Source: Spirochaetia bacterium (GTDB lineage: Bacteria; Spirochaetota; Spirochaetia; UBA9216). Taken from it: a stretch of 64,000 nucleotides of DNA. This document shows positions 38,593-49,487 of this stretch, one piece after another. Each line of letters begins with the position of its first letter. The stretch's first letter is position 1. Location of the stretch: contig OZ223268.1 of NCBI GenBank assembly GCA_965140585.1, positions 96,001 through 160,000 of the forward strand, written 5' to 3'. The notes under the pieces were generated by a model, which saw only the letters and a program-made list of their open reading frames with translations, ran no database searches and was not told where the DNA came from. A program made the translations under genes and the position numbers.

Positions 38593-40185
38593 ATGAATAC
38601 AGAACATATTGATTTGGATTTGGCAAAACGGATTCTTCATAATTACAATGAAGGACTTTATGATAATGTAAAACCGGTAGAGGTTACAGGAATACCCGGT
38701 ATCGACGGAAGAAGCATAATTGACCGTGCAAACCTTGAAAACTGGTCAAATCCGCTTGAAACAGTCACTGAAAACCTGAACAGAATTCATCCAGGCTTTA
38801 ACGCAGCGCTTCTGGGAACAGTATTCGGTAAAAAGGAAACTGCTAACGGAGAGACTGCAATTACTTTTTCCAGGAAAGATCTGCATGATATTGGAGTCCA
38901 GCTCTACCCCTTTGTATCATTTGGAATCTTAAACGGAGGCTCAGCAACCAGCTACGCTGATCTGAAAAAGAATTCAGCACTGAGCAGGGAACTCATGAGT
39001 ATATATGAGGATATCTTTGAGGATGCTTCAGAGAACGCCACGGGAAAGGCAAAGGGGATTACCCCCGCCTACATGAACCCGGATGGTAGCTATGGCCCCG
39101 ATTTCATCGAAATAAAAATCAGAGCCCTGCTGATTGAAAACCTGAGATACAGTCTCAGCGTAAATGAAGACAACGCCCTGTACAGTGATTTCAGCAATCT
39201 GAAAAAACAGGCATGCTTTCCAATGTTTCAGATGACAAGTTTCAGCACCGATTCGCAGATTAGGGAAGCACTTGAAAAATATACAAATAGCCCCGTACTC
39301 ACGGATCTAATAGAAAAAACAGGAATAGACATTACAGAAATACTTACAGGAATTCAGCCTCTTATAGCCGCGTATACACACTCGGATGTAGGCAGACCCA
39401 AGCAGATTTTTACCTTTGCCAACGGCAGAGACGGAGAAATGCTGCCGCTGCCGGGAGGACACGGACAAAACTTTCTTGTGTTGTCTGAAATTTACCGTTA
39501 TCTGCATTCTGAGCTTGGTAAAAAATTCATCTATATAACAAATGTTGACAACCTGGGTAATATGCCCGACCCTGTATCACTTGCAGTTACTGCAATGTCC
39601 GGTAAACAGGCAGCCTTCGATTTCTGTTTCAGAACACCCGTTGATGTAAAGGGCGGGATACTTGTCCTGGACGGCAGAGGACGACTCAACTGCGCTGATA
39701 TCGGACCTGCAGTCTCAAAAGAGGAAGTTCACAGGCAGGAAGAATCAGGTAAAAAGATTCTTTACAACTGTGCAACCGGACTTTTCAGCCTGGATTACCT
39801 GGTTCCGAACCTGGAGGATGTCATAAACAAACTCCCCATGCGATTTACAGACCAGGTAAAGGATGCCGGCTCATACTCACAGGCTGAGCAGGTCACCTGG
39901 GAAATAATCGGCATACTTGATGATTTCCTGATTTTCGGGGTAGATAAATACCGAAGGTTTCTTGCAGCCAAACTGCTTCTTGAATCCTTTATAACAAGCG
40001 GTCTGCGTATAGACCTGCCCGGGTTCCCTACAGATCCCGATCCTGCTGAAGATTTCAAGGCAACAGCCGAAAATCTATACAGGGGACTCAGGGAAAACCT
40101 TGAACAGGTATACGGAATGAATTCGGACGGTGCTAAATGGCATCCTGATTCAATAGAAAAACTCGAAGAAATTATCAGAGGTTGA
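38593..40185 (+). CDS. UTP--glucose-1-phosphate uridylyltransferase, UDPGP (eukaryote-like) family
   Basis: LNGG, PGGHG, NVDNLG and DVKGG motifs. ATG 38593 preferred because TTGAAA-18 nt-TATGCT overlaps the ORF-track start 38581. Confidence 0.8.
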   Translation: MNTEHIDLDLAKRILHNYNEGLYDNVKPVEVTGIPGIDGRSIIDRANLENWSNPLETVTENLNRIHPGFNAALLGTVFGKKETANGETAITFSRKDLHDIGVQLYPFVSFGILNGGSATSYADLKKNSALSRELMSIYEDIFEDASENATGKAKGITPAYMNPDGSYGPDFIEIKIRALLIENLRYSLSVNEDNALYSDFSNLKKQACFPMFQMTSFSTDSQIREALEKYTNSPVLTDLIEKTGIDITEILTGIQPLIAAYTHSDVGRPKQIFTFANGRDGEMLPLPGGHGQNFLVLSEIYRYLHSELGKKFIYITNVDNLGNMPDPVSLAVTAMSGKQAAFDFCFRTPVDVKGGILVLDGRGRLNCADIGPAVSKEEVHRQEESGKKILYNCATGLFSLDYLVPNLEDVINKLPMRFTDQVKDAGSYSQAEQVTWEIIGILDDFLIFGVDKYRRFLAAKLLLESFITSGLRIDLPGFPTDPDPAEDFKATAENLYRGLRENLEQVYGMNSDGAKWHPDSIEKLEEIIRG

Positions 40186-40186
40186 A

Positions 40187-41365
40187 ATGAAGTTAAACAG
40201 CTTTAGAAAATTATGGCTTGTGCTGCTCTTAACAGCAGCTGCCGCCGCCATGTATGCGCAGGATATTACCGAGGACGAAAAGGTTCTTGCGCTGATTGAG
40301 TTTGAGAACATGGAGGACAACGGTGAACATGATTACCTTGCAAGCCTGATTTCTGCTGTACTTCGCGAGGACCTCTCACATACAGAGGGCATAACCCTCG
40401 TTGAACGCTCCAGGATTGACAGTATAATCAACGAGCAGCAGCTGCAGCTTTCCGGACTCACGGCTGAAGACGACGCCCTTAGAGCCGGACGGATGCTTGG
40501 AAGCGATTACTTAAGCGGCGGCAGTTTCATAGTCATAGGCGGTGAAGTGCTTCTGGATGTAACCCTGATAAATGTAGAAACTTCAAGGGTGCTGTCCTTC
40601 GCAAGCCGCGGAAGCACTGATGATCTGATTCATGTAGCAGCCGAAAAAATTGCCCGTGAACTTACCGGAAAAACAAGGGTATTCAGATCAGCTGAATCAG
40701 GCAGGCCAATAATCAAGAATGAACTGCTGCCGCCGGGAAAACTCAAGCTTTTCTCCCATCTGATTGATGCAAGAATATATATAGATGATGAGTTTATCGG
40801 ATATACAAGCGGCGACAGAACTATTCCGGTTGAAATTGAACTTCAGCCCGGCGAACATACTATTGAAACAGATCTGGGAAACAGCTTCGGAGTTATTAAG
40901 GAACCGGAAATCATATTCGAACACTGGAAGGTACCGTTTACTGTTGAATCAGGCAGTGTGACTATACTTGAAGACGGAACCAGACATTACAACAGCATTC
41001 TTTATGAGCTGCTTAGGCTGACCCATAACGACAAAGAGTTTAGAAACGGCGAAAGTGAGCCATACCAGACTGAAGAATCATTCAGTTTTACCGACAGGGA
41101 GGGAAATCCTGTTGCCGGAAGCTTTACAATCTACATCACACCTACAGAGGAAAAAGGTCTGAAGATGCAGATGATGCTTATCTACAACGGCAACAGAGAG
41201 GTTTTTGATTATTCCTGCGAGCCGGGTGAAGATGAAGATTTCGAGCATGAAACAGGACATATCAAAATGGAAGTTGAGCTCAGCTGCAGATACCCGGACA
41301 GACTCGAAGCCTCATGGGACCTCGAACGTACGGATATCTGGCAGAGCATGTTCTACAATAACTGA
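40187..41365 (+). CDS. Exported protein with CsgG/FlgO-like N-terminal domain and PEGA-like domain
   Basis: Signal peptide; LVERSRIDSIINEQQLQLSG...GRMLG; ARIYIDDEFIG...PGEH. Confidence 0.75.
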   Translation: MKLNSFRKLWLVLLLTAAAAAMYAQDITEDEKVLALIEFENMEDNGEHDYLASLISAVLREDLSHTEGITLVERSRIDSIINEQQLQLSGLTAEDDALRAGRMLGSDYLSGGSFIVIGGEVLLDVTLINVETSRVLSFASRGSTDDLIHVAAEKIARELTGKTRVFRSAESGRPIIKNELLPPGKLKLFSHLIDARIYIDDEFIGYTSGDRTIPVEIELQPGEHTIETDLGNSFGVIKEPEIIFEHWKVPFTVESGSVTILEDGTRHYNSILYELLRLTHNDKEFRNGESEPYQTEESFSFTDREGNPVAGSFTIYITPTEEKGLKMQMMLIYNGNREVFDYSCEPGEDEDFEHETGHIKMEVELSCRYPDRLEASWDLERTDIWQSMFYNN

Positions 41366-41374
41366 GGCAGCGTA

Positions 41375-42661
41375 TTATCTCATGTTTACGGGGATATAAT
41401 CCGGAGCCTTCTTTTCAATAAAATCTCTCTTTAACCTGGCAAAGCGCATTCTCCCGTTCTCATATGGTACAGCGGGAGGTGCCGAACCGGTCAGAGGCAT
41501 GGCATATTCAATAAAATCATCGGTAACATCAAGCCCGTCCGGAGTAATCCAGGAGTATGGAAGATGCCTTACCGAATTGGCTACAATATCAAGCCTTACC
41601 TTGTCGTAATATACACTGTACCCGCTTACCGAGCGATCACGCAGAATTGTAGCCATCCACCCTGAACCGTCTTTTACTGCAGTTTTAACCGCAAATTTTC
41701 CGACCTGAAAGGCTTCTTCAATATCAACCGAAGAAGCAAAAAGGCTGGTGCTACGCTGCAGAATTCCGGGAACCTGACCGGTAGCCTGTCCTCGGGCTTT
41801 GAGACCATTACTGTTAAGGTAATTCACTATTTTCTGGGCCACAGTTGATTCACTTGCACCGTATTCGATATGCCCGAATCCGTCACGGGCTTCTCCAAGG
41901 CTGCCTGCATTGAATCCCTCGCTTGCAACAACTATACAGCGGCCCCGTTCTATCAAGCAGCGGTTAACGTTTTCAGCAAGTGATTCAAGATTATGATTGG
42001 TTTCAGCGAGATAAAGCTGTAGAGGGGCTTCACGGTCAGGGTCGGCCAGTCTTGCGGCGGCCGGTATAAACCCGCTGGTCCGGCCCATTGCCTGGAAAAC
42101 GGATACAGGTTCCGATACATCTATAGCCCGGTTCTCTTCATTGGTCTGCTGAATAATGTGTTTCCAGTAGCTTGCAGCCGAACCGTAACCTGGAGTATGG
42201 TCGATAATAGAAAACTCTTCATCTCCGAGATCATTATCGATAGTCTTGGGCACTCCTGCGACAATCAGCTCATACCCTTCCCTTTTTGCAAGAGCGGCAA
42301 CCTTGTCGGCTGTATCCATAGAGTCATTTCCTCCGATGTAGAAAAACCAGCCGACATCCTGTGATCTGCATACATCGATAATACGCTGAAAATCTTCGGT
42401 GTTTTCCTCTTTCAGCTTATATCGACAGGTTCCTATTGCTCCAGATGCAGGAGTATAACGCAAAAGTGATAATTCATAATCATCCTCAGCATCAATATCT
42501 ATCAGTTCTTCTTTCAAAACTCCCTCAATGCCGTGCCATCCGGCAAATATACGTCCGAACTTCTCAGGCATTGACCTGCAGGCTTCTATAACGCCAAGCA
42601 GAGAGGCATTGATTACCGGCGAGGGACCGCCGGATTGTGCTACGATTACATTGCTTTTCAT
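41375..42661 (-). CDS. pfp: Pyrophosphate-dependent phosphofructokinase family protein
   Basis: QSGGP, GGNDS (Asp at the PPi-specificity position), PKTIDND and MGR motifs. Confidence 0.85.
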   Translation of the reverse strand: MKSNVIVAQSGGPSPVINASLLGVIEACRSMPEKFGRIFAGWHGIEGVLKEELIDIDAEDDYELSLLRYTPASGAIGTCRYKLKEENTEDFQRIIDVCRSQDVGWFFYIGGNDSMDTADKVAALAKREGYELIVAGVPKTIDNDLGDEEFSIIDHTPGYGSAASYWKHIIQQTNEENRAIDVSEPVSVFQAMGRTSGFIPAAARLADPDREAPLQLYLAETNHNLESLAENVNRCLIERGRCIVVASEGFNAGSLGEARDGFGHIEYGASESTVAQKIVNYLNSNGLKARGQATGQVPGILQRSTSLFASSVDIEEAFQVGKFAVKTAVKDGSGWMATILRDRSVSGYSVYYDKVRLDIVANSVRHLPYSWITPDGLDVTDDFIEYAMPLTGSAPPAVPYENGRMRFARLKRDFIEKKAPDYIPVNMR

Positions 42662-42794
42662 AGTTTTATAATATTACATCACTCATGCATTCATCAATAT
42701 TCATAACTGTCCTGATTTTTTTATTTCGAAATTTGTAAATTTTAAAATGATCTACTATCATTTTAATAGACAATATCCGGAAGAGGAAGAAAAT

Positions 42795-44030
42795 ATGCCC
42801 GAATTTTCAATTCTGATTGTTGATGATGAAGCAAATGTACTCGCTGCACTGCACAGGCTCTTCAGAGCGAATAAAAAGCTGAAGATTTATACTGCAGCTG
42901 ATGCCCGTGCCGGTGTAGAGGTTCTTAGAAATAACGATATAGATCTCGTGATCAGTGATGAAAGGATGCCTGAGGTTGAAGGACATAAATTTCTGGCCTA
43001 TCTTCGTAAGAATTTCCCTGATGTAGTACGGATAATGCTCAGCGGCTATGCCGAGCAGGATGCCATTCTGGATGCTATTAATAAGGGTGAGGTTTACCGC
43101 TTTATTACAAAACCCTGGAATAACCAGGAACTGATGATAACAATTGAAAAAGCCCTTGAACACGGCAGGCTTGCAAAGGAAAATCGGAAACTTGCAGAGG
43201 AATTGAAAAAGAAAAACCGGGAACTGTCAGAAATAAATAAAACTCTTGAGCAGAAGGTTAAACAGCGGACTGAAGAACTTGAAAAGGCTATGGTTCAGAT
43301 AAGCAGTCAGCGTGATGCGGCCCAGAACGGCCTTGCCGACACCGCAACCTTTCTCACCAGTATGGTAGGTCTCATACGTAAGGATATACGCGATCATGTA
43401 AAGAGAATTGCCGATACCGCCCAGAAGGTGGTGCGGGAACTTAAACTGCCTGCAGACGAAGTTCAGCCGATTATTATGGCTTCATATTTTCATGAGCTTG
43501 GCCGCTTCGGTGGCAGTACAGAAGGCGGTGAAGATGAAGAAAAAACATCTGAATTAAGTGAACACCTGATCCGCAGTGTCCTTAAAATGACCGAACTGGC
43601 TGTTATTGTGCGGCATTACCGGGAGAACTGGGACGGTTCAGGAGTGCCTGACCATCTGAAGGGCGGGGATATTCCTATAGGGAGCAGGATTCTCAGAGTC
43701 TGTAAAGACTATGATCACCTGCTTTTTGTACGCAACAATAATAATGCCGAAACTGAAGACTTTCTTATCCAGCATTCCGGAATCTATTATGACCGAGATG
43801 TTGTAGCAGCCCTTCTGAGCAAGGTAAAAAATGATAATCAGGACGGAAAATGGGTTAAGGTTACCGAACTGAAAGACAATATGGTGCTTTACGGTAATGT
43901 TTATCTTGAGAGCGGAGTTCTTTTTCTGCCCTCGAATACTGTAGTTGACGAAAATGTGATCAGGCGTATTGAGGATTTTGCTGAGCTGATAGACCTTGAA
44001 AAGCAGGTATATGTAAAAATACTGAAATGA
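42795..44030 (+). CDS. Response regulator with degenerate HD-GYP domain
   Basis: REC domain (VDDE, SDERMP, KPW), coiled coil, HE in place of HD and GVP in place of GYP. ATG 42795 preferred. Confidence 0.85.
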   Translation: MPEFSILIVDDEANVLAALHRLFRANKKLKIYTAADARAGVEVLRNNDIDLVISDERMPEVEGHKFLAYLRKNFPDVVRIMLSGYAEQDAILDAINKGEVYRFITKPWNNQELMITIEKALEHGRLAKENRKLAEELKKKNRELSEINKTLEQKVKQRTEELEKAMVQISSQRDAAQNGLADTATFLTSMVGLIRKDIRDHVKRIADTAQKVVRELKLPADEVQPIIMASYFHELGRFGGSTEGGEDEEKTSELSEHLIRSVLKMTELAVIVRHYRENWDGSGVPDHLKGGDIPIGSRILRVCKDYDHLLFVRNNNNAETEDFLIQHSGIYYDRDVVAALLSKVKNDNQDGKWVKVTELKDNMVLYGNVYLESGVLFLPSNTVVDENVIRRIEDFAELIDLEKQVYVKILK

Positions 44031-44050
44031 CCGACAGCTGCTGTGATTAA

Positions 44051-45400
44051 TCAGCCAAGACCGTATTTCTTAATTTTGCGGTAAATTGTGGCCTCACCTA
44101 TTTTCAGAAACTGCGCGGCAAGTCTTCTGTTGCCTTCGGCTCTGTCCAGGGCATGAATTATTGCATGCCGCTCCTGCTCCTCCATCGGAGCATCAAGAAC
44201 AGCCTTATGAACAGTGCTGTCTTCTGCAGCCTCTGCAATTCTGACCGGCAGGTGTGCAACGGTCACCAGCTCATCCTGACAGAATGCTGCCGCGTGTCTG
44301 GCGGTATTCTGAAGTTCCCGGACGTTTCCGGGCCAATCGTAATCTATAAGAAGATCCAGTATTCGTTCCTCTATGCGCGGCACCTCCTGCGACATTGAAT
44401 ATTCACCAAGAAAGTGTCTGAAAAGAACAACAGCATCGTCACCGCGTTCTCTCAGCGGAGGTATATTGAGTTTTATCACATTCAGCCTGTAGAGAAGATC
44501 CTTCCTGAAATTACCCTGCTCGGCTTCAAGCTCAAGATCCCTGTTAGTCGCGGCAAGAAGCCTTACATCGACAGACACAGGCTTAACCCCGCCTACCGGC
44601 CTGACCTCACGTTCCTGAAGCGTACGCAGCAGCTTTGCCTGAACCTGAAGAGGAAGCTCTCCAATCTCATCAAAAAATACCGTACCCCCATCTGCAGCCC
44701 TAAGCAGCCCCTGGTTTGAGGCGGCAGCCCCTGTAAAGGCTCCCTTCTGGTGGCCGAAAAGTTCACTTTCAAAGGTGGTATCGTTTATGGCCGCGCAGTC
44801 AACAGCGATAAAAGGCTTATCAGATCTTGAGCTCTGAAAATGCAGCTCCCTGGCAACAAGTTCTTTTCCGGTACCTGTCTCTCCATGAATAAGGACTGTT
44901 GAATCGGTTAATGCAATACGATTGATAAGATCCCGCAAACTAAGCATTGCTGAAGAATTCCCGAGAAGACTCCCGGTTCCCGAGCGTTTTCTAAGCTCTT
45001 CTTTAAGCCTTGTATTCTCTGTATCGAGTTCCCAGATTCTGCAGCGCTGAAGAAGCTGGAGCGGCAGTTTCTCGGCCATGAACTCCTTCTCGATAAAATC
45101 TACAGCACCGATATTTACAGCCTCAACTGCATCGCTGACTGTAGCATAGCCTGTCATAATGATTACCGGAATGCTAGGATATCTCAATTTGATAGAACGA
45201 AGCATGCTCAGTCCGTCAGTGTCTGGAAGTTTCATATCAAGAACAATACAGTCCGGCTGTTGTTTTTCAAGTATTGAGTCTGCTTCCCGACCGCTTAGTG
45301 CACTGATTATTTCATATTTTTCCTGTCTGAGCAGTCTTTTAACACTTTTGTGGATATCAGGCTCGTCATCGATCATTAAAATCGTGAAAACTTCGGTCAT
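44051..45400 (-). CDS. Sigma54-dependent response regulator (NtrC/AtoC type)
   Basis: REC domain, [22 protein letters not shown] and Fis-type HTH. Confidence 0.95.
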   Translation of the reverse strand: MTEVFTILMIDDEPDIHKSVKRLLRQEKYEIISALSGREADSILEKQQPDCIVLDMKLPDTDGLSMLRSIKLRYPSIPVIIMTGYATVSDAVEAVNIGAVDFIEKEFMAEKLPLQLLQRCRIWELDTENTRLKEELRKRSGTGSLLGNSSAMLSLRDLINRIALTDSTVLIHGETGTGKELVARELHFQSSRSDKPFIAVDCAAINDTTFESELFGHQKGAFTGAAASNQGLLRAADGGTVFFDEIGELPLQVQAKLLRTLQEREVRPVGGVKPVSVDVRLLAATNRDLELEAEQGNFRKDLLYRLNVIKLNIPPLRERGDDAVVLFRHFLGEYSMSQEVPRIEERILDLLIDYDWPGNVRELQNTARHAAAFCQDELVTVAHLPVRIAEAAEDSTVHKAVLDAPMEEQERHAIIHALDRAEGNRRLAAQFLKIGEATIYRKIKKYGLG

Positions 45401-45480
45401 GATTAAAGCATAAGAGATTCATATTAGGGAGGCAAGAATTTATGGCATGAATATTGCAATAAATAGGCAGGAGATACTAA

Positions 45481-46509
45481 ATGACGGGAAAGGATATCAA
45501 TTTTATCGATGAAGAACTTCTTGAAGCTGTAGTAGCTGCAGTGACTTCAGCAGTTGAAACCAATGAACCCGGGAAGCTTGGACATGGAAAAAGGGTGGCC
45601 CAATACTGTATGATGCTGGCCGATGCAGCAAATAAGGAAAACGGGGGTGCTTTCGGGGTGATCAGCTTTTCAAAAGAAGAGATGATTGAATTGAAGTATT
45701 CGGCTCTGCTTCATGATATCGGAAAAATAAATGTAAAGCCTCAAATTCTTCAGAAAAGCAGCAGGCTTTATCCCGGTGAAGTATCTGATATCAATATCAG
45801 GTTTGAATATATACTCCGATACCATGAGCTTCTTCTTTCTCAGCAGAAACTGCAGCTTGCGTATAATGAAAGTTTCATAAGGAGATCGGAGCTGCTTAAA
45901 GAAATTGAGCAGGATTTTCAGCTGACGGTGAAAAATCTTAAGAAGATGATGCAGAAAATCAGGGAATTGAATAACAGCGGAATTACCCCAAACAATGCAG
46001 AAAATCTGCATGAGATTGAGTTTCTCAGAGACCATGTATTTGCCAGGGATCTTAACGGTAAAAGAATTGACCTGATTACTGATTCACAGCTTGAATCTCT
46101 GCGTGTAAAACATGGGAATCTCACTGAATCTGAGAGGCTGCAGATTCAGGAGCATGTTAATCACGGTTATGAGATACTTCGAAAGATCCCCTGGCCGAAA
46201 GCACTTAAAAACATACCTGAAATAGTAAGAAACCACCATGAAAGGGCAGATGGAAGCAGATACCCCAACAGCAGAACTGCAGAAGCCATCCCCCTTCAAT
46301 CTATGATAATCGCTGTAGCAGATGTTTTCGACGCTCTTACTGCTTCTGATGTACCATACCGGAAAGGACTGGACTCTGCCGATGCAGTATCAGTCCTGCG
46401 GCAGGAGGCAGAACTGAATAATCTCGATGCTGATGTGGTTGATCTTTTCTGCCGTAGCTGTGTTCCGGCTTATGAGAAAATTGCAGAAGGAGCAATTACT
46501 CCTCAATAA
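45481..46509 (+). CDS. HD-GYP family phosphodiesterase
   Basis: GHGKRVA, LLHDIGK, HHERADGSRYP and ADVFDALT motifs. Confidence 0.88.
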   Translation: MTGKDINFIDEELLEAVVAAVTSAVETNEPGKLGHGKRVAQYCMMLADAANKENGGAFGVISFSKEEMIELKYSALLHDIGKINVKPQILQKSSRLYPGEVSDINIRFEYILRYHELLLSQQKLQLAYNESFIRRSELLKEIEQDFQLTVKNLKKMMQKIRELNNSGITPNNAENLHEIEFLRDHVFARDLNGKRIDLITDSQLESLRVKHGNLTESERLQIQEHVNHGYEILRKIPWPKALKNIPEIVRNHHERADGSRYPNSRTAEAIPLQSMIIAVADVFDALTASDVPYRKGLDSADAVSVLRQEAELNNLDADVVDLFCRSCVPAYEKIAEGAITPQ

Positions 46510-47725
46510 TATCGCAGCAGAGAATATAGGGTATATTGTTTCCATCAGAAAAAGGCAGGGCTATAGTTGTACAGAGGTGTCCTGAGTTCCTTGAAATGTA
46601 TTTCTTTGTAGTATATTTATGAAGCCCGGTGCTGAAGTGAAAGAAATAACTCTTGTAGGAATGATCAAACCCGGCAGACGAGGCATGAAAGAGCCTGCTC
46701 TTCGGGGAAAAGTCATCGCTGAAAACACAGTCGCCAACCTGAATACCGTTCTCATCAAGGATGTAGACACAGTCTATAACAGTCTGCCGGTTCACGGCAT
46801 TTTGCAGGTATTTGTGAAAACCATGATTTGGCATTGCTGACAGTTCAAGTATAAACTGGGACATGACCGTATCGTATCTTGTAAAATTAAGGTGACGGTT
46901 CTTAACCATCTGGAGGGTCCTGTTCCTGAATCCCGAAGCAACCGGCACAGCATCAGCGGCCTGAAGTACTGAAAGCTCCTCTGTTTCCTGAGGATGCAGG
47001 ATAAGAAAGCCCTGAAGCAGGTCGGAACCGTATTCAAGCGAAGTTACGGCTTCATCTTCAGTTTCAACACCTTCGACTATGACCACAGCTCCAACCTGAT
47101 GTGAAATCGAGTTTATCGCCTGAACTATTTCTTTCTTATAGATATCATTCTCAATGTTTCTTACCAGAGCACTGTCTATTTTAATAATATCCGGCTGAAG
47201 AATTACAACCCTCTCAAGATTTGACAGTGTTTTTCCTGCGCCTGTGAGCGCTATTAGAAATCCGGATTTTTTGAAGGCATCAATCGAGTTTTTCAGAATC
47301 TCGATGCTGTTGACATCCGACTCCAGGATTTCAAGTATTATTGAAGCGGGGCTTAAACCGGCTTTGATTGCCATATCAGTAATTTCTTCTGCCGAGGTAT
47401 CTATACTTAATATAGTAGGCTCCAGGTTTACTGCAAGAAGCAGGTCATGATCATCTTTCTGAATCCTGCTAAAGCGTCCAAAAGCTTTTCTCAGGCAAAG
47501 CCTGTCAAGATCAGCTGCAGTTGTAGTTCTCCGGCCCATATAAAAAAGCAGTTCCGGATTGACCAGTTCTCTGTCGGAAGTCAAGCCACGACTTAAAGCT
47601 TCTACTATCACGGTTCTGTTCTCTGAACCTGAGACAATAGGCTGAAAACAGGTGATGACAGATTCATTCTCTAAAATCCAGTGATAGTCTTTTTCTGTGA
47701 CATTCTGTAGCACTTTATATTCCAT
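46496..47725 (-). CDS. EAL domain protein with YkuI-like C-terminal domain; loop 6 degenerate
   Basis: FQPI, EALSR, IKID, EGVET and QGF motifs; DDFG replaced by TGAG. Confidence 0.85.
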   Translation of the reverse strand: MEYKVLQNVTEKDYHWILENESVITCFQPIVSGSENRTVIVEALSRGLTSDRELVNPELLFYMGRRTTTAADLDRLCLRKAFGRFSRIQKDDHDLLLAVNLEPTILSIDTSAEEITDMAIKAGLSPASIILEILESDVNSIEILKNSIDAFKKSGFLIALTGAGKTLSNLERVVILQPDIIKIDSALVRNIENDIYKKEIVQAINSISHQVGAVVIVEGVETEDEAVTSLEYGSDLLQGFLILHPQETEELSVLQAADAVPVASGFRNRTLQMVKNRHLNFTRYDTVMSQFILELSAMPNHGFHKYLQNAVNRQTVIDCVYILDENGIQVGDCVFSDDFSPKSRLFHASSAGFDHSYKSYFFHFSTGLHKYTTKKYISRNSGHLCTTIALPFSDGNNIPYILCCDIIEE

Positions 47726-47782
47726 ATCAGTTTATTCCTGTTCTATTAATCGGCCTGGGCTCATGTAAATTATAGGAAAAAA

Positions 47783-49420
47783 CTATCTCCTATTCAAATC
47801 AAGCGCATAATTTGCCGCATGCTCAAATGTATCAATAAAATGTATTTTTTCTGTGGTTTCAGTTATACCGCTCCGGTTAAGTTCTCCAAGTACAGATTCA
47901 TTAACGCCAGAAAAAATAACTGTAACACCTGAGTGTCTAAGAACTCTTAAAACGCCCTTTATATTCATAAGTCCTGTCATATCAATAAATGGTACATGTC
48001 TCATCCTTATAATAAGTATATGACAGTCACAGGCAATTGAACGGATATTCTCTGCATAATGCCTGGCCAGGCCGAAGAACATCGGTCCGCTAATCTCATA
48101 GACACAGATATCTTCAGGAAGGTCGGAATAGCTGTCTATTATATCTATGTCCACCTCCGAAGGAATCTTTCCGCTCATATCAGCCATTCTGCGCATAAAC
48201 AGCATGGACGCAAGAACAACTCCGACTTCGATTGCCATTGTCAAATCAACCAGTACAGTCAGAATAAATGTTACCAGAAGTATGAGGATATCCGAAGCGG
48301 CGCCTCTGAATACTGAGACAAAAGATCTCCATTCACTCATATTATATGCTACAACAATCAAAATACCGGCAAGCGTGGACATCGGAATTAATTTGGCAAA
48401 TCGACCGAGAAAAAGCATAATCATCAACAGAGTCAGAGAATGAATGATACCTGCAATCGGAGTTCGTCCCCCGTTTTTAACGTTGGTTGCTGTACGAGCA
48501 ATTGCCCCGGTTGCCGGGATGCCGCCGAAAAACGGTGCCACGATGTTGGCAATCCCCTGCGCTATCAGTTCAGTGTTGGAACGGTGATTACCGCTTATCA
48601 TTCCGTCCGAAACAACAGCCGAAAGCAGCGACTCAATGCCTCCAAGCAGTGCGATTGTTATTGCGGGTTGAATATAACGGGTCAAATCTCCGGGACTGAA
48701 ATGCGGCAGAATAAAGATCATACCTGAGGGGATTTCGCCGAAAAACGATTCAATCGTGGTCACAGGAAGCCCGAACAGCTGTACAACCAGAGTTGTGACA
48801 ACAAGAGCAAATATTGACCCCGGAACCTTTGAAGTCAGCTTCTTTGACAGCAGAACGATAAGTATGGTTACAGCCGTAATTATTAGCGCATAAGGATTTA
48901 TTGTGTGAAGTTCTGAAATATACAGCTTCCATTTTCCGATAAAATCAGCCGGAACAGATGCTATATCAAGGCCGAGTGCGTCCTTGATCTGTGTGGAGAA
49001 TATCACAAGTGCTATTCCGCTTGTGAATCCGATTATCAGCGGCTGGGGTATGTATTTTAAAAGTGAACCGAATTTTATCAGTCCGAAAATTACCAGAAGG
49101 ATCCCGGCCATTATAGTCGAAATCATAAGTCCTTCTATTCCGTATTCCATTGCAATTCCGTTCACAATTACAATGAAAGCACCGGTCGGACCGCCTATCT
49201 GGACCCGGCTGCCGCCGAGCAGTGATATTATAAATCCTGCAATAACAGCAGTAATAATTCCTTTTTCAGGAGAAACCCCGGAAGCAACGGCAAAGGCTAT
49301 CGAAAGCGGCAGTGCAACTATTCCGACAACTATGCCGGACATTATATCCGCACTAATCTGCTGTCTGCTTATTCCCGCTTTGAGAAGTGAAAACAATTTT
49401 GGTTTGAATATTTTTTCCAT
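47783..49420 (-). CDS. SulP family anion transporter with STAS domain
   Basis: VALPLSIAFA, GGSRVQIGGPTGAF and TGAIARTATN motifs. Confidence 0.93.
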   Translation of the reverse strand: MEKIFKPKLFSLLKAGISRQQISADIMSGIVVGIVALPLSIAFAVASGVSPEKGIITAVIAGFIISLLGGSRVQIGGPTGAFIVIVNGIAMEYGIEGLMISTIMAGILLVIFGLIKFGSLLKYIPQPLIIGFTSGIALVIFSTQIKDALGLDIASVPADFIGKWKLYISELHTINPYALIITAVTILIVLLSKKLTSKVPGSIFALVVTTLVVQLFGLPVTTIESFFGEIPSGMIFILPHFSPGDLTRYIQPAITIALLGGIESLLSAVVSDGMISGNHRSNTELIAQGIANIVAPFFGGIPATGAIARTATNVKNGGRTPIAGIIHSLTLLMIMLFLGRFAKLIPMSTLAGILIVVAYNMSEWRSFVSVFRGAASDILILLVTFILTVLVDLTMAIEVGVVLASMLFMRRMADMSGKIPSEVDIDIIDSYSDLPEDICVYEISGPMFFGLARHYAENIRSIACDCHILIIRMRHVPFIDMTGLMNIKGVLRVLRHSGVTVIFSGVNESVLGELNRSGITETTEKIHFIDTFEHAANYALDLNRR

Positions 49421-49487
49421 ATATCTCAGAGGATTACCCTATCTGAGAAACAAAATCAATCAGTTAGACTGATTTTTCGTCAGAATT

